Origin: Armatimonadota bacterium
Lineage (GTDB): Bacteria; Armatimonadota; UBA5829; DSUL01
Assembly (NCBI GenBank): GCA_039811685.1
Contig: JBDHZC010000001.1
Span: 704,001-768,000, forward strand
DNA length: 64,000 nucleotides
Direction: 5' to 3'
The translations under genes were made by a program, and so were the position numbers. The notes beneath the pieces are model-generated. The model was not told where the DNA came from, searched no databases, and saw nothing but the letters and a program-made list of their open reading frames with translations. Every line of letters begins with the position of its first letter. Position 1 is the stretch's first letter. Of this stretch, positions 47,818 to 55,582 are shown piece by piece.

Positions 47818-49327
47818 GCGCCGAAAACCTCTCTTTCATGGCTGAGTATAGGGACTGATAGAACCGATGCAAGGGCTTGTAAGCGAGTGTGCGAGTCGAA
47901 TCCGACTCACAGCTTTGATGCGTGGTGAGGGTCGCCGAGCACGCCTCCTGGACACTGCTCCATGCGCGCTGGGAAACGCCGGCCAACAGCGCCACACCAA
48001 ACGCAGCCCCTTCTTCTACATTGAGAGTCACATGAGTGCGTCCGACGACATCCGCCAGAAGCTGCCGCCAGAAACCACTGCGCGCTCCCCCGCCCATAAC
48101 GCGCACCTGCTGAGCATCTACGCCAATAGAGTTCAATATCTCAAAGCTGTCCTTGAGAGCAAAGCTAACCCCTTCCAGCACAGCGCGGCTGAAGTGGGCT
48201 CGCGTATGCGATAGTGTCGCCCCAAAGAACACACCGCGGGCGAACGGATCAGGATAGGGCGTTCGCTCTCCAGAGAGGTACGGCAAATAGAACAAGCCTT
48301 CACACCCCGGCGCAATATCCTCCGCAGCCTGCAATATCAGATCATAGGCGTCTTTGTTCTGCTGCAGAGCGAGGCGCTTTTCTTCTTCACAGAAGGTGTC
48401 GCGATACCAGCGCAAGGAACCACCAGCGGAGATAACCACTCCCATAGCGTGCCATTTACCAGGGACAGCGTGGCAGAAAGTGTGCGTTCGCAGCAGAGGA
48501 TCGACAAACGGCTTGTCCGCATAGGCAAAAACGACACCGGACGTGCCAAGGGACGTGCTCACAAGACCAGTATCCACCACCCCGCTTCCAATGCCACCGG
48601 CAGCCTGGTCACCACCGCCGCCAACGACCGGCGTACCTTCTCTGAGACCGGTCGCCTGCGCTCCCTCACGGCTCACGGTCGCAGAGACTTCCACTGATTC
48701 AAAGCACTCCGGCAGCCAGCTCTCTTCAACAAAAGCCGCCTCCATCATCTCGGGAGACCACTTCCGCTCGACAACATTCAAAAGAGATGTGCCCGAAGCG
48801 TCCGACACCTCCGTTGCGTAGGCGCCAGTCAATTTGAACCGGATGTAATCCTTTGGCAGTAAGAGCTTTCTAATGCGCCGATGAGCTTCCGGCTCATTGT
48901 TCTTGAGCCAGACAGCCTTGGGCGCCTGAAAGCCGGTCAGAACCCGATTGAGCGTTATCCGGTGCACAGCCTGCGCCCCCGCGCGCTCCGTGATTTCATC
49001 ACACTCATCGGCGGTCCGCTGGTCACACCAGAGAATGGCCGGACGGATAACAGCGTCTTTCTCGTCCAGAAACACTGCTCCGTGCATCTGGCCAGAGAGC
49101 CCTACAGCGCTGATGCCGGAGGGACTTATCCCCGCCTTCCGACAAGCATCAGGGAGACACCTCAGCACACCCTGCCACCAGTCCTGCGGGTGCTGCTCCG
49201 CCCAGAGCGGCTTTGGCGTGAGAAGTGGATATTCCGACGAAGCGGATCCGAGCAGCCGTCCCTGCTCGTCAATAACCAGTGACCGGGCGCCACCTGTGCC
49301 GATGTCTATCCCGAGAAAGTAGCTCAT
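47801..49327 (-). CDS. xylB: Xylulokinase (FGGY kinase)
   Basis: GIDIGT, GQMHG, DASGT, GGGDQAA, PYLSGERTP motifs. Confidence 0.85.
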   Translation of the reverse strand: MSYFLGIDIGTGGARSLVIDEQGRLLGSASSEYPLLTPKPLWAEQHPQDWWQGVLRCLPDACRKAGISPSGISAVGLSGQMHGAVFLDEKDAVIRPAILWCDQRTADECDEITERAGAQAVHRITLNRVLTGFQAPKAVWLKNNEPEAHRRIRKLLLPKDYIRFKLTGAYATEVSDASGTSLLNVVERKWSPEMMEAAFVEESWLPECFESVEVSATVSREGAQATGLREGTPVVGGGGDQAAGGIGSGVVDTGLVSTSLGTSGVVFAYADKPFVDPLLRTHTFCHAVPGKWHAMGVVISAGGSLRWYRDTFCEEEKRLALQQNKDAYDLILQAAEDIAPGCEGLFYLPYLSGERTPYPDPFARGVFFGATLSHTRAHFSRAVLEGVSFALKDSFEILNSIGVDAQQVRVMGGGARSGFWRQLLADVVGRTHVTLNVEEGAAFGVALLAGVSQRAWSSVQEACSATLTTHQSCESDSTRTLAYKPLHRFYQSLYSAMKERFSALAELQ

Positions 49328-49416
49328 ATCAGAATTCTTGTTCTCCAGTAGCCGCCAATCCAACGGCGACGTTGCGGTCAGGTTCGGCGGCTACAAGATA
49401 CTCCGGCAGGCCAGAG

Positions 49417-50247
49417 TCAGATGAACTGCTTGAGATGACGCAGTCCGATCTCCATTCCCTGCTCTCGTCCGACCGTCCCATCCTCGTGTTCGATGGAGAG
49501 GACGCCGTCGTAGCCAGCCACGCGCAGATGCGCGATGTACTCGCCCCAGTCAATGACGCCAGTGCCCGGAATTACATAGCGCCACCATCCACCGTTCAGA
49601 CTTCCGATGCGATCCCGCTGATACTTGCGAATCTCGGTGTCTTTGGCGTGCGAGTGGAAGATACGGGACTTGAACTCATCCACGGCCCGCAGATAATCAA
49701 TCTCCTGGTGCACGAGGTGAGAAGGATCATAGTTAAGCCCAAAGTTTTCGTGCGGTACGGCGGTGAAAATGGCGTCAAAGTGCAGTAGATTCTGTATGTT
49801 TGTCGCGAACCAGTTCTCAAGGCATATTCGGATGCCCTTGTCAGCGGCATACTCAACGAGCGGCGTAAAGGCTGGCTTACAGTCCTCATCTATGGTCCTG
49901 AAGCGATCTTTGCCCTCAACCGGCATGCCTGCCAGAGTGCACACGACGTCAACGTCCAGAGCATGCGCCGCATCAACCAACTTTTTGAACGCAGTCGCCT
50001 GCTCCTGACGGCTTGCGGGATGCACAACGTCCGTGTACCAGGCGAGACTGCTGATCTTCATATTGTTGCTGGAGAACAGCTCTTTGATGCGATCCGCATC
50101 CGCACTCGAAAAGGTGTTGATATCCAGATGTTTTGAACCAGGGCCACTTGCGACCTCGAGAGAGTCGAATCCAGCTCCTGCGGCGAACGCCACGACCGAA
50201 TCCAGTGAGTCGCCCCCAAAGGGCGCTGTTAAAAATCCAACTTGCAT
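49417..50247 (-). CDS. Sugar phosphate isomerase/epimerase (xylose isomerase-like TIM barrel)
   Basis: LEN, NYDPSH, HAKD, PGTG.IDW, SIEHED motifs. Confidence 0.88.
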   Translation of the reverse strand: MQVGFLTAPFGGDSLDSVVAFAAGAGFDSLEVASGPGSKHLDINTFSSADADRIKELFSSNNMKISSLAWYTDVVHPASRQEQATAFKKLVDAAHALDVDVVCTLAGMPVEGKDRFRTIDEDCKPAFTPLVEYAADKGIRICLENWFATNIQNLLHFDAIFTAVPHENFGLNYDPSHLVHQEIDYLRAVDEFKSRIFHSHAKDTEIRKYQRDRIGSLNGGWWRYVIPGTGVIDWGEYIAHLRVAGYDGVLSIEHEDGTVGREQGMEIGLRHLKQFI

Positions 50248-50353
50248 GATTGCTCCTGTAGCCAGCTTTTCGTGATTATAAATGGAAAGGCAGATAGTTC
50301 CGCAGGCCGGTGAGGCCTGGCCCCGTGCTGTTCCAACCTGCTGCGCTGACCGG

Positions 50354-51280
50354 CTATGGAGTTGTTTGCGCGAAGCTGTGAATCCTCTGCCAAAACAGAT
50401 TCTGAAAGGCTTCAAGGTCAATATCCGTGGCAACATCGACAGACGCCGCGCCAGGATCGACAGATTCCTTAAAGGTGACAACTCCAGCCTCATTGCCTTC
50501 AGTTTGGACGCGAGGATGCAAAGTCCGCCAGGTGAAGATTTCGGGATGCGTCAACGCCGCAACGGCTGTAGAGTCGTGCATGGGGGTGGAATCCCGATCG
50601 CACAAGTTGAGATAGTGCTCCCCAGCGGTGGCCAGGAGCTGAGCTGCCTCTGTAGGAATATCCCGCAAGGCTTTCACGTGGCTGCGGGAGAGAGAGGTCT
50701 GCTTTGTGATGTTGATGCCAACCATGCGCGCTGGCGCTCCAGACTGCAGCACAATATCAGCCGCCTCTGGATCAGATTTGAAGTTGTGTTCAGGGAGAAT
50801 AGAGCGCCCGTGCACTCCCATGAAATTGCCACCCATCATCGAGAGGTTGTCAAGTGACTGAAAGGCCCGTGGACAGTCGCGAGCAAGAGCGCCAATATTG
50901 CTCAATGGGCCAATAGCGACCAGGGCGAGATCTGTACGTCTTTTCTCAATCTGCTCCAGAATGAACGCCTCCGCTCCTGATGAGCTGATTTGCGAAAGGT
51001 CAACTCCGGAGGTATCCCAGACCTCGCTCTCGTGACCTGCCCACCACGCCCTCAACCCCGGCCGCAACGGCTGGCGTCTTCCAAGCGCGACAGGGAGGTG
51101 GCGGTGTCCTGAGGCTTGCAGGAGTCTGAGAGCCAGGCGAGCGCGAACATCCACATCGCCGTAAACGACTGTCACCCCGTCCAGAGTCAACTCTGGCGAC
51201 CCCAGCAAAAATGCCAGGGCGAATGCGTCGTCAACGTCAGTTCCAATGTCAGTGTCGAGGATTACGCGCTTTGCCGCCAT
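50354..51280 (-). CDS. Inosine/uridine-preferring nucleoside hydrolase family protein
   Basis: DTDIGTDVDD, IGPLSN, EHNFKSDPEAA, MHD motifs. Confidence 0.9.
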   Translation of the reverse strand: MAAKRVILDTDIGTDVDDAFALAFLLGSPELTLDGVTVVYGDVDVRARLALRLLQASGHRHLPVALGRRQPLRPGLRAWWAGHESEVWDTSGVDLSQISSSGAEAFILEQIEKRRTDLALVAIGPLSNIGALARDCPRAFQSLDNLSMMGGNFMGVHGRSILPEHNFKSDPEAADIVLQSGAPARMVGINITKQTSLSRSHVKALRDIPTEAAQLLATAGEHYLNLCDRDSTPMHDSTAVAALTHPEIFTWRTLHPRVQTEGNEAGVVTFKESVDPGAASVDVATDIDLEAFQNLFWQRIHSFAQTTP

Positions 51281-51449
51281 CTGTTCAGCGACACATTCTA
51301 GCAGACTCCAGGCGCGACAGTGGAGATGGAACAGCCAGGGCCATATGCTGTGGCGACGTCAGACAACGTATGCGTGAAAGCATCGATGTCTATCCCGTAC
51401 GGGCGCAAGCGCAAGGCGCCTGCGGAAATATCGGAGCCCTGGGTGCGAA

Positions 51450-52484
51450 TCAGACTGTAACTGTAACTTTGGAAAGGCCCCTGGGAGTATCCGGATCCAG
51501 CCCTCTGGCAACTGAGATCTGATAGGCTAGACGCTGCCCCACCAGAATCTGAGCAAGCGGATCAACCCAGCGGCTGCGCCCTTTGGGCACCTCCACAGCG
51601 TCCGCTGAGAGCCCCAGGGCCTCCCGATCGCTGGAGACCACTGTCAAGTGTGTGCCTTTGCTGTAGAGGCTGCGGGCGACTTCCAGCACGGAATCTCGAG
51701 CTTCGTCGTGTGGAACGTAGATAATTCCCGGCACCGCCTGTGCCGCCGCGACGGGCCCGTGCAGGAAATCCGCCGCTGAATAGCCCCTCGCCAGCACATA
51801 GCTGGTCTCCATGATCTTCAGAGCAGTCTCAAGAGCCGTCGCATAGTTCAGACCGCGCCCCACCACGAAGCATTCACTGCGGATGGGGGACGTGGCGGCG
51901 ATTCGCTGGAGGCCGGCACTCATCTTAATAGTGCGATCCATCAGATCCGGCGCTTCGGCAAGGTCATCCAGCGCTTCCGTGCGGTTGCCCATATATGCGG
52001 CAATCAGCGCCAGAGCAGCAAGGGTGGCGGTGTAAGTCTTGGTTGCAGCGACACTTTTTTCAACTCCCGCTCCCAATGGGATGGAAATGTCCGCCAGTCT
52101 GCTCAGCTCAGACGCAGGATCATTGGTGATTGCCACAACAGGACTACCCTGCTCCCTTGCGGCGCTCATGTACTCCATTACGTCTTGAGCGCATCCGGAC
52201 TGGGAGATGCCAATAACCATTGTCTTAGGGAGATGAAGTGGCTTGCGGTAAACAGTGACTACTGAGGGCGCAGCCAGAAATGCGGCGATCCCGCACTCAA
52301 CCTGGAAAAGATATTGGCCGTAAACAGCCGCGTGATCAGAGGTTCCACGAGCGGCAAACACCACCTGCTGAACGTCGTGCGATTCAGCCAGCCTGGCCAC
52401 TTCGCGCGCCAGACTCCGGCCATTCTCAACCAGCCGGGCGACAACCTGCGGCTGCTCAAGAATCTCCCTTAACATGTCGTGCAT
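51450..52484 (-). CDS. Double SIS-domain protein (GlmS isomerase-like; probable glucosamine-6-phosphate deaminase)
   Basis: EILEQP, ARGTSDHA, SQSG, EKSVAATKTY, ALKIME, HGP, DTPRGLSKVTVT motifs; no glutaminase domain. Confidence 0.85.
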   Translation of the reverse strand: MHDMLREILEQPQVVARLVENGRSLAREVARLAESHDVQQVVFAARGTSDHAAVYGQYLFQVECGIAAFLAAPSVVTVYRKPLHLPKTMVIGISQSGCAQDVMEYMSAAREQGSPVVAITNDPASELSRLADISIPLGAGVEKSVAATKTYTATLAALALIAAYMGNRTEALDDLAEAPDLMDRTIKMSAGLQRIAATSPIRSECFVVGRGLNYATALETALKIMETSYVLARGYSAADFLHGPVAAAQAVPGIIYVPHDEARDSVLEVARSLYSKGTHLTVVSSDREALGLSADAVEVPKGRSRWVDPLAQILVGQRLAYQISVARGLDPDTPRGLSKVTVTV

Positions 52485-52720
52485 TATTCAGTCCACTCCG
52501 TTACCGGTGGCTTTGCGTCTGGCTCCTGGTGCGCTGAGAAGTCAGTCAAAGCCAGGCGTCCTTTCCTGTATCTCCAGTGACCGCCTGGCTGGGGGCCGCA
52601 CGACGTTGCCGCAGCACCAGAAGCACAACAGAGTGGCTTTTGACTGACCGGCAGAATCGTAAGCGCAAACAATGCCCACACATCCGACAGCTTCGTCGGT
52701 TTATTGCGTTACCGGTTACT

Positions 52721-53878
52721 CTAGTATAGCAGGTATTGGCTACGAGTGCGAATGAAATCCTGCAAATTCTGTTGCCATCCTTGCGCGATCTCCGCACCCG
52801 ACACTCCATCCGCAACCTGAGTTCGAACCCGATCTCCGCCCGTCAGTAGATCTATGAAATACCGGCCTGAAGGACCGGGCTCTCGAAACGCAAACTCGGA
52901 CGGATACATCGCCCGAATCAGGCACAGAATCTGAAGCCCGGCCGTCACTGGCTGGAAGCGACGCCTATCGGTCAGATGAAGCTGGATACCAGCACACTGC
53001 GTATCCTTATGTTTGGAAAACCAGGGCTGAAAATACACGGCGCGAGCGATAGCTCCCGGAATATTTTCCTCGTTGATCCGCTCAGCAAGCGCTTCCGCGT
53101 CAATCCACGGCGCTCCGACGATCTCAAAAGGTCTTGTCGTGCCCCTGCCCTCACTCAGATTTGTGCCTTCGAAGAGGCACATTCCCGGGTAGACAGTCGC
53201 GGTATCGAGAGTGGGCATGCCAGGCGAAGGCATCACCCACGGAAGACCCGTTTCATCAAACCATTGATCGCGCGACCACCCCTCCACACGCACGACCTCC
53301 ACTGAGCCTTCTGGAGCTTTTATGCGGTCAGCGACAAGAAGCGCCATCTCACCAACTGTCATCCCATGGCGCGTGCTTACTGGATACAGGCCAACAAGAG
53401 AGGAAAACGCCGGATCCAGGACAGGACCCTCGACTGCCGCGCCGGAGATGGGATTTGGCCGGTCGAGAATCAGCATCTGAAGGCCATTTTCGACAACCGC
53501 TTCCAGAGCATGCGCCATCGTCCACATAAAGGTGTAGAATCGCGAGCCGACGTCCTGGATGTCAAAGACCATAACATCCAACCCATCCAGCATCTCAGGA
53601 GTGGGCTTGTGCGTCTGGCCGTAGAGGCTGTGCACTGGCAGGCCCGTCTTGTCATCCACCCCGGAGGAAACATACTGCCCGTCCGCCACTGCGCCGCGGA
53701 TGCCGTGCTCGGGCCCAAACAGCGCTCGCAGCTCCAGCCCTTCGTCCAGCATCCGGTTCACGAGTGGCTTCAGTTGTGAGGTGAGTCCCGTGTGGTTAGT
53801 GAGTAACCCAAGCCTCACGCCACTCAATTTTGGCGTGTAAGTGTCGAGAAAAACTTCGCATCCGAGCTTGACAGACAT
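52721..53878 (-). CDS. namZ: Exo-beta-N-acetylmuramidase (DUF1343/YbbC)
   Basis: FGPEHG, DIQDVGSRFYT, LDRPNP, HGMTVGE, SEGRGTTRPFE motifs. Confidence 0.9.
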   Translation of the reverse strand: MSVKLGCEVFLDTYTPKLSGVRLGLLTNHTGLTSQLKPLVNRMLDEGLELRALFGPEHGIRGAVADGQYVSSGVDDKTGLPVHSLYGQTHKPTPEMLDGLDVMVFDIQDVGSRFYTFMWTMAHALEAVVENGLQMLILDRPNPISGAAVEGPVLDPAFSSLVGLYPVSTRHGMTVGEMALLVADRIKAPEGSVEVVRVEGWSRDQWFDETGLPWVMPSPGMPTLDTATVYPGMCLFEGTNLSEGRGTTRPFEIVGAPWIDAEALAERINEENIPGAIARAVYFQPWFSKHKDTQCAGIQLHLTDRRRFQPVTAGLQILCLIRAMYPSEFAFREPGPSGRYFIDLLTGGDRVRTQVADGVSGAEIAQGWQQNLQDFIRTRSQYLLY

Positions 53879-54109
53879 TGTCGATCCTTTCCAGGAGGCA
53901 GTCGCAATGCGCATGGTATTCGCCGGAGAGGAAAGCGTTGCCTGCTTTGACGGGGGAGACAGGGGAGAAAGGATTGGGAATGAGGGAAGTAAGGAGATGA
54001 GAAAGGGAGAGCGAAGCAGCGCTTTGAGGGGTGACAGATCGGTGGTGCGGAGTGAAGAACAGCCGTCTGAAGCCAGTGAGACTTATGTAAGTAACAGCAC
54101 GCTGGCCAC

Positions 54110-54138
54110 TTGTGTGTCGGCGAGACACAAGGTATAAT
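54110..54138 (+). promoter_or_regulatory. Sigma-70 promoter for tRNA-Ala
   Basis: TTGTGT-17 bp-TATAAT, 33 nt before the tRNA. Confidence 0.65.
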
Positions 54139-54171
54139 CGGGTGCGTAACTTACGTGACACTGCGATTTGT

Positions 54172-54244
54172 GGGGCTGTGGCTCAGTTGGGAGAGCGCTT
54201 CCTTCGCACGGAAGAGGTCGGCGGTTCGAATCCGCTCAGCTCCA
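54172..54244 (+). tRNA. tRNA-Ala(CGC)
   Basis: GGGGCTG/CAGCTCC acceptor stem with G3:U70, anticodon loop TTCGCAC, GGTTCGAATCC; CCA not encoded. Confidence 0.95.
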
Positions 54245-54268
54245 CATTGTATTTTTCCTTTTTGAGCG

Positions 54269-54299
54269 AACGGCCCGGCGATGATCTCACCGGGCCGTT
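54269..54299. terminator. Hairpin between convergent tRNA-Ala and aminotransferase genes
   Basis: AACGGCCCGG...CCGGGCCGTT 10-bp inverted repeat; no strong U-tract. Confidence 0.5.
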
Positions 54300-54345
54300 G
54301 CCAACTCTGAGGTCTGCGCATTTTCTCAGCCGCGAGAGTCCGCGC

Positions 54346-55554
54346 TTATTGTGCCCGCGCTGTTCTATCCAGAGCGGCGCGGATTGCGCTTGCGGAAGCC
54401 TCAAGCGTGTAGTCAATAATCTCGTCTGTATGGGCGGGTGAGATGAACCAGTTGTGCCATGGGTCGAAGTAGATACGCCGGTTCGCTGTTTCATCGTAGA
54501 AAGCGTCAGCCAGTTCGCCAAGTCCTTCGCCGAAAGAGAGGTGTGGCATGGGCGCCTGCCCGGTGCTGTGCGCATCAACTCCCGCAGCCTTCATGACCTC
54601 ATCCAGTCCGTCCATCAGCTTCTTCCCCTGCCGCCAGATGATGGACACCCCGTCCGTTTCCTCCATAAGCCGGATGGTGGCCAGCGCGGCGGCAACACCG
54701 AGAAGCTGACCGTGGAAAGTCGCGGCGACCCACACGTTAGCGGCCTGCTCCATGATCTCTTTTTTTCCAACTACCATCGCGACATCGTAGCCGTTGCCCA
54801 GTGCCTTACCAAAGGTGGAAAGGTCAGGCGTGACACCAGCGACTTCCTGATATCCGCCAAGAGCAAAGCGAAAACCGCTCTTCACCTCGTCAAAACAGAG
54901 CAGCGTACCGTGACTCGCGCAAAGCTCCTTGACGCCGGCCAGATACTCTTCTGAGGGCCCTTGTCCCTGGAAGGCTTCGAGCATGAAGACCGCATACTCA
55001 CCCGGATGAGAATCCAGAGCCTCCCGCAGTGATTCGAGATCGTCGTAGCGCACAGCCGTTGTCAGGGCGCCCACAACCTTTGGAACCCCCGCTCCGTCCG
55101 GGTCAGCCCAGTCGTGCCACCCGTGATAGCCGCACCTGAGCACGCGATCGCGCCCGGTGACAGCGCGCGCAATTTTCACGGCCCCGGTCGTCGCGCCTGA
55201 CCCTCCGGTGAAGTAGCTCAGCATATCGCAGGAAGGAATGAGGCGCGCCAGCAGTCGGGCCAGCTCAAGTTCTTTGGGATGGTGGATATTAAAGATTACG
55301 CCTTCATCAACCTGCGCTTTGACGGCGGCGTCCACAACGGGATTCCCGTAACCCACAAGCATCGGGCCAAACGCGCAGAGATAGTCGATATACTCATTGC
55401 CGTCCGCGTCCCAGAAACTGGCGCCTTTTCCTCGAACCGCATAAACAGGGTAGCGCCCGTTCACCTTGCCAGGGCGTTTGTGGCCCTGACCACCGCCCAG
55501 AAGAAGCGCTTTTGCCTGCTCGAAAAGCTCTTCGGATGTCTCTATCGATCTCAA
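54346..55554 (-). CDS. Class III aminotransferase (GSA-aminomutase-like)
   Basis: WDADGNEYIDY, GYHGWHDW, FDEVKSGFR, FGKALGNG motifs; AGGAGG RBS before TTG 55554. Confidence 0.85.
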   Translation of the reverse strand: MRSIETSEELFEQAKALLLGGGQGHKRPGKVNGRYPVYAVRGKGASFWDADGNEYIDYLCAFGPMLVGYGNPVVDAAVKAQVDEGVIFNIHHPKELELARLLARLIPSCDMLSYFTGGSGATTGAVKIARAVTGRDRVLRCGYHGWHDWADPDGAGVPKVVGALTTAVRYDDLESLREALDSHPGEYAVFMLEAFQGQGPSEEYLAGVKELCASHGTLLCFDEVKSGFRFALGGYQEVAGVTPDLSTFGKALGNGYDVAMVVGKKEIMEQAANVWVAATFHGQLLGVAAALATIRLMEETDGVSIIWRQGKKLMDGLDEVMKAAGVDAHSTGQAPMPHLSFGEGLGELADAFYDETANRRIYFDPWHNWFISPAHTDEIIDYTLEASASAIRAALDRTARAQ

Positions 55555-55582
55555 ATGGATTCCTCCTGTAACGCGGACGCGT

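Noticed and set aside
52485..52720. glmS ribozyme or HDV-like ribozyme ahead of the SIS gene
   Set aside because: No glmS core sequence (AGCGCC...GACGAGG). Helix order resembles HDV, but P3/L3 sizes and linkers do not fit. Kept only as an unknown RNA candidate
54109..54131. CTTGTGT/ACACAAG inverted repeat over the tRNA-Ala -35
   Set aside because: Only 7 bp and a single instance; cannot be distinguished from chance
54346..55554. Assigning the symbol hemL
   Set aside because: The class III fold is clear, but the context has no tetrapyrrole genes and the sequence may belong to a sugar-aminotransferase clade
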